A stretch of DNA of 34,365 nt. Origin: Chloroflexota bacterium (lineage in GTDB: Bacteria; Chloroflexota; Dehalococcoidia; Lucifugimonadales; Lucifugimonadaceae). Positions 33,964 through 34,365 of this stretch are shown here, in pieces. A program made the translations under genes and the position numbers. The notes under the pieces were generated by a model. The model had not been told where the DNA came from and ran no database searches. It saw only the letters and a list, made by a program, of their open reading frames with translations. Each line of letters starts with the position of its first letter. Within the stretch, counting starts at the first letter, position 1. The stretch lies in the NCBI GenBank assembly GCA_029262715.1, contig JAJCYX010000397.1, positions 1 to 34,365 on the forward strand. Direction: 5' to 3'.

Positions 33964-34004
33964 CCCTTGTCTCTCCTTGTGTCTCCTTGTGTCTCCTTGT
34001 GTCT
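33964..34004. repeat. 10-bp tandem repeat GTCTCCTTGT (about 4 units)
   Basis: 33981-34000 holds two perfect units, flanked by 9/10 and 7/10 units plus a partial unit. On the minus strand it reads ACAAGGAGAC, repeated AAGGAG Shine-Dalgarno-like cores. Confidence 0.85.
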
Positions 34005-34149
34005 GATTATGTTGGATGGTTACAGGGATAAAAGAACTGGCTTAAAACCCAGTAACCTAAAAACCCTGGAAGTTGAGGACAAAAAAACCTCAACTAAAAG
34101 CTTCATCGGTGATTTACAACCACCAAACAAAGATGAAGTAAGAACAAGC

Positions 34150-34365
34150 ATGCGACTTTCAGTTGGGGGCTTTTCGCGTCCGCATGACATAGAGACCGCG
34201 GTCCTGCTTCATCTGCGCAACCATCCCTCTCATGCGAGGGATGCTGGTGTGCAGGCGGTATGTGGAAGTGATTCCCGCTCCTACTCGAACGGAGTGCAAT
34301 GGGAGTTCGCGCCAGTGAAGCACTCGGAACGCCGCGTTCTGGCTCACTTGCTGGAGTTCCACGAC
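34150..34365 (+). CDS. Paralog of the 30963..31286 small protein, partial (3' end off-window; start uncertain)
   Basis: 34276-34365 differs from 31005-31094 at 5 of 90 nt, all synonymous in this frame (SYSNGVQWEFAPVKHSERRVLAHLLEFHD). The frame is open back to the ATG at 34150 (GTG at 34249 is also possible). A 2-nt indel relative to copy 1 removes the CxxC. Confidence 0.4.
   Translation, partial: MRLSVGGFSRPHDIETAVLLHLRNHPSHARDAGVQAVCGSDSRSYSNGVQWEFAPVKHSERRVLAHLLEFHD

Overview
The window splits into two parts. No searches were run: every family call comes from motif and architecture recognition by eye, and identity and GC values are visual estimates.

**Core region (1 to about 12.1 kb).** This is ordinary, moderately high-GC housekeeping DNA, possibly Chloroflexota- or Actinomycetota-like. 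It carries:
- an ABC-2 exporter (ATPase tail plus two permeases)
- an M20 amidohydrolase
- a Lon N-terminal-domain protein
- a DUF402 protein
- a divergent class I fructose-bisphosphate aldolase / class 1 FBPase pair
- a 2-hydroxyacid dehydrogenase
- an SDR
- an RDD protein
- a family III CoA-transferase

Hairpin-rich composite repeats fill the intergenic gaps.

**Accessory region (from tRNA-Arg(TCT) at 12385-12460 to the end).** It contains, in order:
1. A tRNA-linked integrative element with a tyrosine integrase, small ORFs, an AEP primase-polymerase, a PriCT/D5_N/SF3 helicase and a small-terminase-like ORF. It has no virion genes and abuts a decayed IS3-family fragment.
2. A membrane-anchored ORF built from five near-perfect 60-bp in-frame repeats.
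3. An FHA plus OmpR-type winged-helix regulator, convergent with two tandem ~1275-aa Ser/Thr-kinase / AAA(STAND-like) / TPR paralogs. These share a conserved core and C-terminal tail but have swapped, compositionally distinct TPR regions. One is translationally coupled to a DinB/MDMPI_N-like gene.
4. A cassette-like stretch (30.8-34.4 kb) of small signal-peptide proteins, including an Hcp (T6SS tube) homolog with a Sec-type signal peptide. The stretch is punctuated by copies of a short ORF module ending ...HQPKPQGRPPY-stop.

**Main leads.** The short ORF module has five copies in the window. Its substitutions are mostly synonymous, and TAA, TGA and TAG are used interchangeably as its stop. I consider this short-ORF family, the secreted Hcp homolog and the kinase/FHA module the most likely carriers of undescribed biology.
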